Shown here: positions 53,201-64,000 of the stretch, piece after piece
Layout: the number at the start of each line of letters is the position of its first letter
How positions within the stretch are numbered: the first letter of the stretch is position 1
From: Camelus ferus
Taxonomy: Eukaryota
NCBI RefSeq assembly: GCF_009834535.1
Contig: NC_045696.1
Span: 103,170,001-103,234,000, forward strand
Reading direction: 5' to 3'
Length of the DNA: 64,000 nt
Position numbers and translations under genes: made by a program
The notes under the pieces: model-generated
The model's database searches: none
What the model was told of the DNA's origin: nothing
The model's input: only the letters and a program-made list of their open reading frames with translations

Positions 53201-54124
53201 ATATCTTGCTCTGGATAGGATTTATGTATGTTTCTTCCATTCTTCTAGGCACCAGGATTATCTAAATCCTGTTTAATGACTGAGATGATTCAAAGCTGAG
53301 TTGCAGTTCCTGTAAGAGCCCATCCTTCTAGCTTACCCTCTTCTAGGGTATAGCCATTTGGAATCCTCACCCAGCGTGAGGAGGATTGCCCTTGGTCCTC
53401 CTGCCTTAGAAAGCCCTGGTGTCTACAATGTGTCCCCTTAGCTTCACAAGAGGGCCTGACTTTCAAGTAGGTTCTGAAAGAACAAGTGAACTTACTACCT
53501 GGCAGCATTGTTGCTACTTGCTGAAATATGGATTAACCTTTGTTTAATCTGGAACAAATTTTAGAATCATAATTTCTAAATTTAAGAAGAGTTTGAAATA
53601 CTAATACTGCTTTAAGTACTCTATATTTAAGTGGTATAACACTTGGCATCTGTAAAATACTTGCTGTACAAATGACCTGTTTTTGGAACTCATGTCATCT
53701 GTTTTCATTTTATTGATCCTTTCTACTATTAAAATATAATTTAACCTTAAATGTCTCCATTTGCTGAACTTTTTACCTCATTTATACCTCATTTATATAA
53801 CAAGCTTTTTTTTTTTTTAACATCTGCTATTCATATAGCAGGATCCCTGCTAGGTGTTGGAGTTATAAGTGCAATCTAGTTCCTGCTCTTAATGAGCTTA
53901 CGGAAGTAAAGATGCTTTGCGAGAATGACTGTATGGAAGATACCCATAGGGGGCTGGGTTGGGTGTATCCAGGAAATGCTAGTCTTGAAGGATAAATAAG
54001 AGTTGGAGAGATGATAAAGTATGATTTAGGGAATTGTTTTCCTGTAAGTTAATATTCCTTTACAAGCATTTCAATTTCTTTATTAGGTAGTTTAAAGAAG
54101 TTCTCATTCGTTTGTTTCCTTTGG

Positions 54125-54414
54125 GAATATTTTTCTGCAATATGCCAGATAGTAACATTTTAGGCTTTGAAGGTCATGAGGATTCTGTCACAAATACTCT
54201 GTCATTTTAGCATGAAAGTAGTGATAAGTAATACATAAAGAAATGTGTGTTTGTGTTTCAATAACCCTTTACTTAAGGACATAGAAATTTAAATTTTATA
54301 TACTCTTCATGTGTCACAAAGTATTCTTTTTCCTTTCTTTTTTCTTTTGACCGTTATAAAATTTAAAACGTTGGTGTTGGATTTGACCTGTGAGCCATAG
54401 TCTGCCATCCTCTG
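54125..54414. mobile_element. MER58B-like hAT MITE
   Basis: gccagatagtaacattttaggctttg...gatttgacctgtgagccatagtctgccatcctctg. Confidence 0.75.
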
Positions 54415-54698
54415 TTTTAAACTTTTTATATTTAGACATATTTTTATCTAAACTAAAAAACTGATACACTTCGTTTTTTTCATCACAAAAGTGAACATGC
54501 TTGGTGTAAAACTAAAGCCTTTCATCCCCTGTAGTAATTGCCTAGAACCGTTTGGGGTAAATTCTAGAAATTATTTCCCTATGTATGTATTAATTTTTAT
54601 TTAAAAATGGGATTGTATTGTATTTAGTGGTTGACACGTAATCACGCACTTAATAATTTAGCATTTTTGAACTGAATTTGTGCTGTTGTGTTTTCAAG

Positions 54699-54774
54699 GT
54701 GCAAAAGGCGATTGAAGAGGACAACTGCTGCTTTGGGACTGTTGACACCTGGTTGTTACATAAGCTCACAAAAG
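54699..54774 (+). CDS. GK5: GK5 exon 6 (76 nt)
   Basis: aag|GTG...AAAG|gtaaag. VQKAIEEDNCCFGTVDTWLLHKLTK. Confidence 0.97.
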
Positions 54775-55328
54775 GTAAAGATGGTGTGATAGATCTGTCT
54801 CAAGTAACTGGAATTTAACTGATAGAAATGATTCATGTAAAAAAAGTGGATGTCTTAAACTCTTCCCCCCGCCCCACGCCCCCTTATCCCAGACATACTG
54901 TTTTTTGGTACCCTAGTAACTTCATGTTGTAGTAAAGCTAGATTAATTTCAGATTTGTTGAAGAGAAAGGTGATTTTAAAGTTGCGATGAAACCTCCAAT
55001 ATAAGACTGAGGAACAGTCTTAAATTCAAGAGTGGTTAGACTTGAGTTCAGTTCCAAGCCTGCCACTTTAGGTGATCACATTGCTTCTCTGAGCCCCTTT
55101 CCTCGTCTTTAAACTGGGAATCATGGTGTGACACTGGACATGAAAGTTCTTCTGTAAAGTATTAAAGTTCAGAAAGATTAAGTGGGAAATTGCTTTGGAG
55201 ACTTGGCACTGGAAATACACATTTTGGAATGAATTTGAGGGCAGTCAAAGGGTCAAGATTATAAACTAGGGACAGGCGTTGGCTTACGCTACCTGATAAC
55301 AAATAGATCATTTCCAATGTAAATTTAG

Positions 55329-55390
55329 GTTCTGAATTTGCCACGGATTTTTCAAATGCCAGTACAACTGGACTTTTCGACCCATATGAG
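55329..55390 (+). CDS. GK5: GK5 exon 7 (62 nt)
   Basis: tag|GT...GAG|gtaaac. (G)SEFATDFSNASTTGLFDPYE contains the TD.SNAS.T motif. Confidence 0.97.
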
Positions 55391-55472
55391 GTAAACTTTG
55401 TTTTCTTTCTTTTTGAATCACCAATTTTATGTAATTTAGCTTGGATTCTGATGCCATGTTTTTCTGCCTCAG

Positions 55473-55546
55473 ATGTGTTGGAGCAAGTTCATCACCTCCC
55501 TGCTTTCCATCCCGCTCTCTCTCCTGCCTCCCGTGAGGGATACGAG
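55473..55546 (+). CDS. GK5: GK5 exon 8 (74 nt)
   Basis: cag|ATG...AG|gtaaaa. MCWSKFITSLLSIPLSLLPPVRDT(S). Confidence 0.96.
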
Positions 55547-55753
55547 GTAAAAATAAAAATCAGATATAGAAACCAACAAAACTGTCCCTGAATTCACTTT
55601 GTCTTTGTGGGGACAAGCATTTTATCACATTTGTGAAATGCCTATGTATGTGTTCATTATGTAACTTTTTGGCCTATGCTGAAAACAGTTTGCTAAACTT
55701 TAGGATTATATTTCTAGAGCTATAACTTACTTTTTCATCAATTTTATTTGAAG

Positions 55754-55814
55754 CTACAATTTTGGATCAGTGGATGAAGAGGTATTTGGTGTGCCTATAC
55801 CAATAGTGGCCTTG
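55754..55814 (+). CDS. GK5: GK5 exon 9 (61 nt)
   Basis: aag|C...TTG|gtaagt. YNFGSVDEEVFGVPIPIVAL. Confidence 0.96.
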
Positions 55815-56228
55815 GTAAGTAGAAGACTTGAGGGTTTCTCCTTGTACAGTGTAAACTAAATGCATAGTTGGGATTAGATTTAAGGATCACGAAAGATCCT
55901 TGCAGAATGAAGTTAAAGTTTTTTTCTTTTCTTTTTTTTTTCAAGTTAAAGGGCCCTGGATAGAATCAGAAGCATTCTCTATATTCTGGAAAGGGGACCA
56001 CTGGGCCAGTCTTCTATTGTGGACATACTTTATAACCTTTTCTGAATTCTCTATATATTGTTTTTCAGAAAACTGCATTAAATTTTTTTAACATGTTGTA
56101 TTCTGAATAATGCATGGTTTATACTTGAGACAAAAGACAGTGATAGGGCCAGTGCTTAGTTTATATTTGATATAGTGTAATGATAAACTGTGATGGGGCA
56201 ATTAAAGTCAAGAAGAAATATATTTTGA

Positions 56229-56359
56229 GAGGGGAGGATGTAGCTTAAGTGGTAGAGCACATGCTTAGCATACACAGGGTTCTGGGTTCAACTCCCAGTA
56301 CCTCCTATGAAAAAATAAATACATAAACCCAATCCGCCCCCTAGCCGAGAAAAAAAAAA
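56229..56359 (+). mobile_element. tRNA-derived camelid SINE (Vic-1-like)
   Basis: ggggaggatgtagcttaagtggtagagc...gggttcaactccc plus A tail. TSD aagaaat(a/g)tattt at 56213-56225 and 56360-56372. Confidence 0.9.
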
Positions 56360-57305
56360 AAGAAATGTATTTGCATTATATAAAATCCTTAGTCAGCATT
56401 TACTTAGCCAGTAGAGAATCTGTGGGAGAGTAAAAAATTTGCTGTTTCTAGTTTTTTGAGGTTCCTTTCTTGATTAGACTTCTGTCTGGCTGAATGAGAG
56501 AGTCAGAACTTGGAGAATCCCATGGATTCTACCACCTGATTGAGAGGCTGAATAGAAACTCAAACCTTGCCTTTGATTTCGTGTAAGAGATGTAGAGCAT
56601 CTGTCTCTAGATAGATGATCAACCACGGTAGGTGGACAAGTCAGGTGAGGGGAGAGGAATTTAATTACCATGTTACAAATTCCTGGAGAGGATCAGTCTT
56701 ACTCAACTCTGGGTAGGCTCAGGTTTAGTTTAAGGTTTGGCTGGAAGAATTATAGGTTAGTGAGAGAGTGTTCTTCAGATGAGTTTTAGTCCTTAAAATA
56801 CTGCTAATAACATGTAATTATATGAACAAAATGTTACAATTTTTTAACAAGAGTGTATGGTTGGCAAATGTATGGTTTTAACCTACATCTACTTACAGTT
56901 AATCACACACTTATCACTCTTATTAAAAGAAATTTGTGTGGTCAGTTATTTTGAATGAAATTATAATGAATGAAAGCGCTGACAAGTTGAAAACGAATAA
57001 TCTTAGTTGTTTTTTTTTTCTTGCACAAATTTTATTCTAACCTTTATTTCTAATATTATTATGATACTTAAAAGTCATGAAGTGGGTTCCCTGTTAAAAA
57101 TCCCAGAGACACGTTAGTTATCCACATAATGTTAGTTCTGGAGAGACTCCTATGGTATAGTTGTTGCTCTCTGTTCTCACCAGTGATTTTTTTTTTTAAA
57201 GGAAAGAAAATGTTGAACAATGAGAATACAATAAGTAAGACAGTGGGGTACAGTGAAATGGACTATGCTAAGGGCCCAAAGGTTTTATTTGAATGTTTTT
57301 GGCAG

Positions 57306-57432
57306 GTTGCTGACCAGCAATCAGCCATGTTTGGAGAATGCTGCTTTCAGACAGGAGACGTGAAGTTAACCATGGGAACTGGGACATTTTTGGATATTAA
57401 TACTGGAAGTAACCCTCAGCAGAGTGTTGGAG
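57306..57432 (+). CDS. GK5: GK5 exon 10 (127 nt)
   Basis: cag|GTT...GGAG|gtaagt. VADQQSAMFGECCFQTGDVKLTMGTGTFLDINTGSNPQQSVG contains the catalytic DQQ and K.T.GTG motifs. Confidence 0.98.
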
Positions 57433-58189
57433 GTAAGTAGTTAGAATTTGTCCTACTTATTATAAAATAACACTTTTTTTCACATTTAACTTTTGTGACA
57501 CTATTTTCCCATTTTATATTAAGAATATTCTAACAGTTTTCATTATTATTCTTAGAGACAGTCAATCGCCATTTCCTTTTTTTCTTTAAATTAAAAGCAT
57601 TTAAAAAATGAGAAAGATTTTATAGAAAAATTCAGAAAGGTTAGGCTATTTTGATCAGCTTTCCAAATATTTACCTATAATACTTGCTATATTTATTTAG
57701 AATATCTTTCTGGGCCTCTAAAATTTATTTTATGTGTTATAAATTATTCTTCTTTTTGTGAATTTTTTTAGGGGTGGTACTTCTCAACTAGTGATCCATG
57801 CAATTTAGAGTTTTAATGACAATTGCTTGGAATTTGCTCTCCCTAATAGAGGAAATCCTGTAATGTACAAACCAGGAAATTTAGATTGTGTAACTACACC
57901 CAGGAGGGCTGGAGGCTCTCCGTCTGAGCCCTGGTCCCCTAACATGGCTACTAAATCTTTTTAAATTTTTTTCCTACCTGTCATCCCTCCTAAAGTTCTT
58001 CCTTTTTACCTAAGTAGGAAAATGGAAGCTAGAAAATGTTCATCATTGTTTCTATTTAGGAACTGTTTAGAAACTACAGATAATGCAATAGCATAGTTAG
58101 TTCTCTAGAAAATCAATCTCATAATAACCTTTAATTTCTCAATTAAAATAGTTTCTTTGTTTGTAGAGACATAGATATGCTTATAGCTA

Positions 58190-58430
58190 ATAAAAGCTAA
58201 TATTTATTATTCATATTATATGCCAGGCACTGCACTAAGTTCTTTTTATGTATTAATTCAGTTTATTCTTACAGGAGCTCTCTCTCTCTCTTTTTTTTTT
58301 TTTTAATTTTTATTTTTTTACAGTTGAGGAAACAGGCTAAGAGGTTAGAAACCTATAAGAACACAGCTAGAAACGTGGTAGGGCTGGGATGAGAACTCAG
58401 GCAGCGTGACCTTAGAGCCATGTTGCTACA
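58190..58430 (-). mobile_element. MIR SINE remnant with internal (CT)n/T tract
   Basis: tatatgccaggcactgcactaag...tttacagttgaggaaacaggct. Confidence 0.75.
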
Positions 58431-58506
58431 AATTGTTCCATCATAGACGTCTCTGTAATGAATTTGCTATTTACCATATGACTTATATTGTTTATTTGTT
58501 TTTAAG

Positions 58507-58611
58507 GCTTTTATCCATTAATTGGGTGGAAGATTGGGCAAGAAGTTGTATGCTTAGCTGAAAGCAACGCAGGAGACACTGGCACTGCCATAGAATGGGC
58601 TCAACACTTAG
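58507..58611 (+). CDS. GK5: GK5 exon 11 (105 nt); the gene continues beyond the window
   Basis: aag|GC...TTAG|gtaagt. (G)FYPLIGWKIGQEVVCLAESNAGDTGTAIEWAQHL. Confidence 0.97.
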
Positions 58612-59079
58612 GTAAGTCGTCCTTTAAACAGATTTCACAGGCCAGACTCAAGAATCACACAGGATCACAGATAAGCAGGGAATGAACAGATCATTCAGAT
58701 GAAAACCAAAATAAAATGGCACAAGCTAGAAGAAAATATAAGATGTTATTTTTATGACATTGAGATAGTGAAAGGCTAGGCATTAAAGCCAGGTACTATA
58801 AAGAAAAAGAATAGCTGTAAGTATTTAAAATATTAGCATGTGTAGGGAGGGAGATGCTGTAGCAAAGTTAAAAGAGAAACTGGTGAAGCCATGTTAGAAA
58901 AATTAATAAGGATGACTCCCACAATGGATAAAGGACAGAAAAATAGGTATTTTATAAATCAAATGACTATTAACATTTGAATTATCTGTCTATAGGTCTC
59001 TATGGAAAATTTTTTTAAGTCTTTATTTCATTTGTTTTTGAAGATATTTTAACTTGATATAGTATTCTAGGTTGACAAC

Positions 59080-59229
59080 TTTTTTTGTTTGTTTGTTTTT
59101 GTTTATCTTGGTGGGGAGGGGATTAGGTTTATTTATTTATTTATGTCTAGAGGAGGTACTGGGGATTGAACCCAGGACCTCATGCATGCTAAGCATGTGC
59201 TCTACCCCTTGAGCTATAACCTCCCCTCC
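59080..59229 (-). mobile_element. tRNA-derived camelid SINE (Vic-1-like)
   Basis: Minus strand ggggaggttatagctcaaggggtagagcacatgcttagcatgcatgaggtcctgggttcaatccccagtacctcct. Confidence 0.92.
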
Positions 59230-59819
59230 AGGTCTCTATAGACATTGATATTACAAAGTCATAGTGTGAAAATCCTTAACAGTATGAATATAGGAGAAAA
59301 TCATAGTGGTATCAGGCAATTAATGAGTAAAAAATGTTACACTATTTTGCTGAGAAAAAAATATGCTTCAAATTCAATAATCAAAGAAATATTCAAAAAA
59401 TACACATTTTAAAACTGATGTCACCTGTCCTTGTCAGAGATCAGTTAGTTTAATGATGCTCACCACTGGTGGGCATGTAGAGAGAAAATCTTGTTTTCCA
59501 TTGAGATGAATGTTAATTAGTATGGCCTCTTTGGAGGGCAGTTAGACAACATGTGTTATTTTGTAGAATGCAAACCCTTGGCCCTCAGGTCTATTCTTTG
59601 TTTCCTGAGAAAGTAATCATAAAGGCATGCAAAAGGCATGTTCGTATATAGGTGTTCAATATGGCCATTGGAAATAAGTTCCTGTCTCATAATAGAGCAT
59701 TAAGTGAGTAAATGTCAGTGCATCCGTATAGTGGAACATTGTACAGTGACAGATAACAGTGTTGCCTGTCTTACTGCAACCACAGTTGCTGCAGTGGAAG
59801 AATAGCTTGTTTAATTTTG

Positions 59820-60292
59820 CTTTTTTACAAAAAGCTTTATTGAAATATAATTCACATGCCATATAACTCTCTTATTTAAAGGGTAAAATTTAGTATTTTT
59901 AAGTAGTTTCACAGGGTTGTGCAGCCATCACCACAATCTAATTTTAGAAAATTTTTGTTTCTCCTTAAAAGAAACCATCATACCCACTGGCAGGGACTCT
60001 TCTCTCCACCACCCCTAAGCTACCGTTAGTCTGCTTTCCATCTATGGATTTGCCTATTCTGGACAGTTTCTTATAGATGGAATCAAACAATATATGGTCT
60101 TTTGTAACTGGCTTCTCTCATTTCAGCAAACTGTTTTCAAGGTTCACCCACATTGTAGTGTATATCAGTACTTCATTTCTTTTTGTTGCTGAATAATTTC
60201 CCATTATACAGACATACTACAGTTTATTTATCCATTCATCAGTTGATGGACATCTGGGTTATTTCCACTTTGTGGCTATTGTGAATAATGAA
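59820..60292 (-). mobile_element. L1MB-type 3' end
   Basis: agctttattgaaatataattcacatgccata...ccattcatcagttgatggacatctggg. Confidence 0.88.
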
Positions 60293-61120
60293 CAGCCTGT
60301 ATATTACATAGCCGTATTTCATGCATGAGCTGTGTAATGTTACATACCAAAGTATTAACAGTCATTATTTCTGATAATTAAATTATGGAGAGGGTCGACT
60401 TTCTACTTTGCTAATATGAACTAAGCTGATTTGTTTAAAGACAAAGCAATTCCACTGGCAAATGCCAATCCATTTCTTCCTTTCTTCCTTTCTTCCTTTC
60501 TTTCTCTTTGTCTATAAGCCTGCACCCGCATTATAAGCTTAAGATTACTTATTTCAAAAAATGGTTATTTGGAAGCTTTTTACCGCTTAAAAGTCCCTTC
60601 TTCCTTAAATGTACTTTTAATTTTTTGGACCTGTATCTTTAGTTAACTCCAGATTATCAGAAGTAGAAAATATAGGTTGCATATTTCTTCTTTTTTAGTG
60701 ATACCTTTTATTAATTTTATTCCTTCTCAAAAGACACAAAGAAAAAACAGAATAATTTCACATCATCATTAAAAAAAAACCATTCCCAAGTTTCATATGA
60801 CATCATATATACAGTATCAGTGAAAATCACTTCCACTGCTTTGCTGAGTTGAGGCTCACTCACTGTGACTCTCAAATGATGAAAACTCTTTCCTGGGAGA
60901 TGAAGCTAACTGACCCTGACCTAGAAAAGTGATGTAGTTTCCGGTAGAGGCACAAGTCCCTCCTGAAGGCTAATTTCACCTCTGGTAGGAACTAGGACCA
61001 TTGGTCTAACTGGAGTGAGAGAGAATTGGGTTGAATTATTTAATTTAAAATTTCAGTCATTGGCAGAACTAAACATTACTGTCATATATCTGTCTGAAAT
61101 CCATATAAAAAGTCGGTTTT

Positions 61121-61419
61121 TGGACTTAGAAATTATCATATTAAGTGAAGTAAGTCCGACAGAGAAAGAAATATCATATGGATATCACTTATATGTGGAA
61201 TCTAAGAAATGACACAAATGAACTTATTTACAAAACAGAAACAGACTCACAGACATAGAAAACAAAGTTATGGTTACCAAATGGGGAGGATCAGGGTGGG
61301 ATAAATTAGGACTTTGGAATTAGCAGATATACACTACTATTTATAAAATAAACAATAAGGTCCAACTATATAGCACAGGTAACTATATTCAATGTCTTGT
61401 AATAACATATAATGAAAAA

Positions 61420-61451
<32 letters not shown>

Positions 61452-61522
61452 CTGAATCACTGTGCTGTACACCAGAAACTAACACAACATTGTAAATCAA
61501 CTCTACTTCAATTAAAAAAAAA
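61121..61522 (+). mobile_element. 5'-truncated lineage-type L1 3' end with (AT)n at ~61422-61450
   Basis: tggacttagaaattatcatattaagtgaagtaagtc...gtaaatcaactctacttcaattaaaaaaaa. Confidence 0.9.
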
Positions 61523-61964
61523 TCGACCTTTATTTGAATATATTCTTAGAATTCACTTTAGTGAGTATATTAAAGAAAATAACTAAATTACATTCAGGAG
61601 AAACACAGTGAGTGAGAGCCTGAGTAACTGTCATTTCCTTGAAGATATGTGATCTGAGCCTTTCTGTCTGTGTGTGACATGCTGGCTTGCTCTGCTCTGA
61701 ATGGTGGCTTCCTTCCACCTCTTTACTGGGTTGAACAACTCAGGCTCAGGCGTAAAAGCTCTCTTAAACCAATTTCATCCTGATTTTTAGATTTATTTTC
61801 TTAACCTTTTCACACGGGCTAGTTCTCTCTCACTTTTTTTTACCCCTGAGCCTCCTATGTAACTGTCCCCTACAGGCTTTTCCTTTAATTTGGTCTGTTT
61901 CTGCTCCTCTTCACTCTTTGTTCTGTTTTGCTGTCTCAATCTTAGAAATATTTTTATGTCTTCC

Positions 61965-62410
61965 AGCTTTTATTCACCTAACAAGTAACTGAGTGTTGAG
62001 TACAAGCCTGGAACTATGCATGGTAGGAGACACCAGTGAGTAAGACAGACACTCCTGGCCCTCATAAGTCTAGCAGGAGGTTATAGTCTAGCAAGAAAGA
62101 CATCTATTAAATGAATAATTGAAAAAAACAAAGGATTAGCAGATATATACTACTTAACACTAAGGATTTGTGTTAAGTGCCAGGAAGAAGTAGAATCAGT
62201 GATCTCTTTCTAAAGGAAGGGCTTTGTCTAGTGACAAAAAGGGCTTCTTTAAAGAAGTCATGTTTCAGGGGAGCCCTGAAGGAAGAATAGGGGTGGTGGG
62301 ATAGGTGGGGAGGCTGTTGGCCAAGGAGCAGTCCACTCAGAGAGGACCAGTGAGGAAGGCCCCGAGCAGGGAGGAACATGACCCGTTTAAAGAACTGAAA
62401 GAATGCCCTA
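61965..62410. mobile_element. L2 3' region remnant
   Basis: ttattcacctaacaagtaactgagtg...ggcttctttaaagaagt...ttaaagaactgaaag. Confidence 0.65.
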
Positions 62411-63103
62411 TTTCTTTTCTATAACTGAGACAGCTCCCATCTCTGTAGTCCTCCAGTAACATGGGTCCGGGGACGCCTTTTCCCCAGTGATACCACTTTT
62501 AACTGCTACTGCATGTCACATCTGCCGGCTCCAGGCAATCCCCATCAGACTTCCCTTATACATGTAGAATTACCCAGGACTCTTGTTTACTAGAAATAAA
62601 GGAAACTGATTTCTTCTCCCTGGGTATCTTCCCAGGAGAGATACAGCCTCATTAGAGGAGATGAGATAAACATTCTTTCATGTATGAACTAATGAGGTGG
62701 CGGTGAATAGTGACATGTTACTGCTAGTGAGTAGGGTCTTTGTTCATGACCTTGCCTCCCTCTTGCTTCCTGCTGGGATGACACACAGTAAGATGAGTAC
62801 GGCTGTGGCTGGAATGGAGCCCAAACATGAATGAAGTAGACTGCAGGCGCAGGGTCTGTGCAAGGCACCAACTGAGTATTACTGGTGAAAATGTTAGAGG
62901 CTGGTGAGGACCCTGATATGCTATGGATGGAGGTTGATGAGTCAGGAGAAAATCCCATCAGCATGTGGAGAAGGAAGAGCTGGGTCTGCCCATCCCTGGG
63001 AGAGAGCCTGCTAACAGTGGACGTCAGGACCAGTTGATCTGAACTGCTCCTCTTCCAGGCTGGGGCAAGAGGTCTAATCTTTCTCATACTTTAATAAACC
63101 CGA

Positions 63104-63205
63104 GGCGGAAGGGAAATAGCTCATGGTAGAGAGTATGCCTAGCATGCGTAGCACGCACGAGGTCCTGGGTTCAATCCCCAGTACCTACATTAAAAAGAAA
63201 GAAAA
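63104..63205 (+). mobile_element. Short tRNA-derived camelid SINE
   Basis: atagctcatggtagag...gaggtcctgggttcaatccccagtacct plus A-rich tail. Degenerate TSD aataaacccgag / aagaaacccaag. Confidence 0.85.
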
Positions 63206-64000
63206 AAGAAACCCAAGAGCCAAGGGTGTTCACTCCCTTACTGCTCACTACCTGCTGAACCCCTCAGCCTGACCTGAAAGAGCACAATGTGTTTTAAGAA
63301 TACGCAGCACCTTGGAGGAGGGTGACCAGTTCAATAAACCACAACAGGCAGCTCCCACAGAGGCAGATCTCATGGAAGAAACAGAAGATTACAATAACAG
63401 CAACAAAAAGGAAACAATAAATGGATAAAAGAAAATGTTGCATGGAAATGTTGGGAAAGTATAAAAAGTTTCAAAGAGCAAAAACCATGACATATAAAAT
63501 GAAAAAAAATTAATAAAATGTAAAATGGACAGTGCTAACAGTTCAAATAGGAATCAGGAAGAATTTAAAAACAGAAAGGAATAAAAAATAGAAAAGGAAA
63601 CTGAAAGGTAAGCAATACAGAGGGAAGACCAGAGGAAAAAAAATGTGACTAAAAATCTCTACCTAGATGGGTGAGAAATAACATCACAGTGTGTGAATGA
63701 CGTTTCTCTTATTATGAGTGAAGTTGAACTTCTTTTCCTATATTTAAGAAAAAAATATTATTCAAAATCAACTTTATTGTGGTTTAATTTGTATATAATT
63801 AGTCACCTATTTTAAGGATTCATTCAGTGAGTTTTGACCAAGTAGATACTGACATATAAAAATGTACAGTTATCGCTATAATCAATTTATTCATATCTGA
63901 ATCTACAGCTGTAGGTTTATAGTGGTTGTTTTTGGTTTGGTTTAGGTTGGGTTTTTGGTGTATAGTTCTACTAGTTTTAAGATCTGTATAGACTGAATAA

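Noticed and set aside
56229..56300. tRNA-like A/B boxes in five loci
   Set aside because: They have A-rich tails and TSDs and are mutually diverged, so they are SINEs and not tRNA genes.
57129..57440. 103-aa ORF suggesting an extended exon 10 or an alternative start
   Set aside because: Kinase similarity begins exactly at the cag acceptor (57306). The upstream open frame is intronic and unrelated.
62689..63087. 132-aa minus-strand ORF with an ATG start
   Set aside because: No recognisable protein family, splice structure or retrocopy hallmarks. It is most likely a chance ORF in decayed repeat sequence.
58612..64000. GK5 exon 12
   Set aside because: No segment encoding the expected continuation (DLF...FVPSFSGL) was found, so it presumably lies beyond the window.

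Overview
Mammalian genomic DNA, very probably from a camelid, judging by five tRNA-derived Vic-1-like SINEs. The window holds the CpG-island promoter and the first 11 coding exons of GK5 (glycerol kinase 5, FGGY family) on the + strand. The ATG is at 25053 and exon 11 ends at 58611; the 1063 nt of spliced CDS has no stop, all introns are GT-AG, and the gene continues past the window. The first ~2.9 kb looks like the distal 3' UTR of an upstream + strand gene, probably XRN1 by recalled synteny. The rest is intergenic or intronic and full of L1, L2, MIR, ERVL/MaLR LTR and hAT remnants. I found no evidence for a new multi-gene system. The best observations are retrotransposition footprints: a SINE with an apparent 3' transduction, an L1 with both ends but no ORF1, two candidate poly(A)-tailed orphan inserts, and a fossil hAT transposase. 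GK5 exon 1 also carries a 15-nt in-frame duplication. Repeat subfamily names and human GK5 comparisons come from memory of consensus sequences, not from searches, and repeat boundaries are approximate unless a TSD is given.
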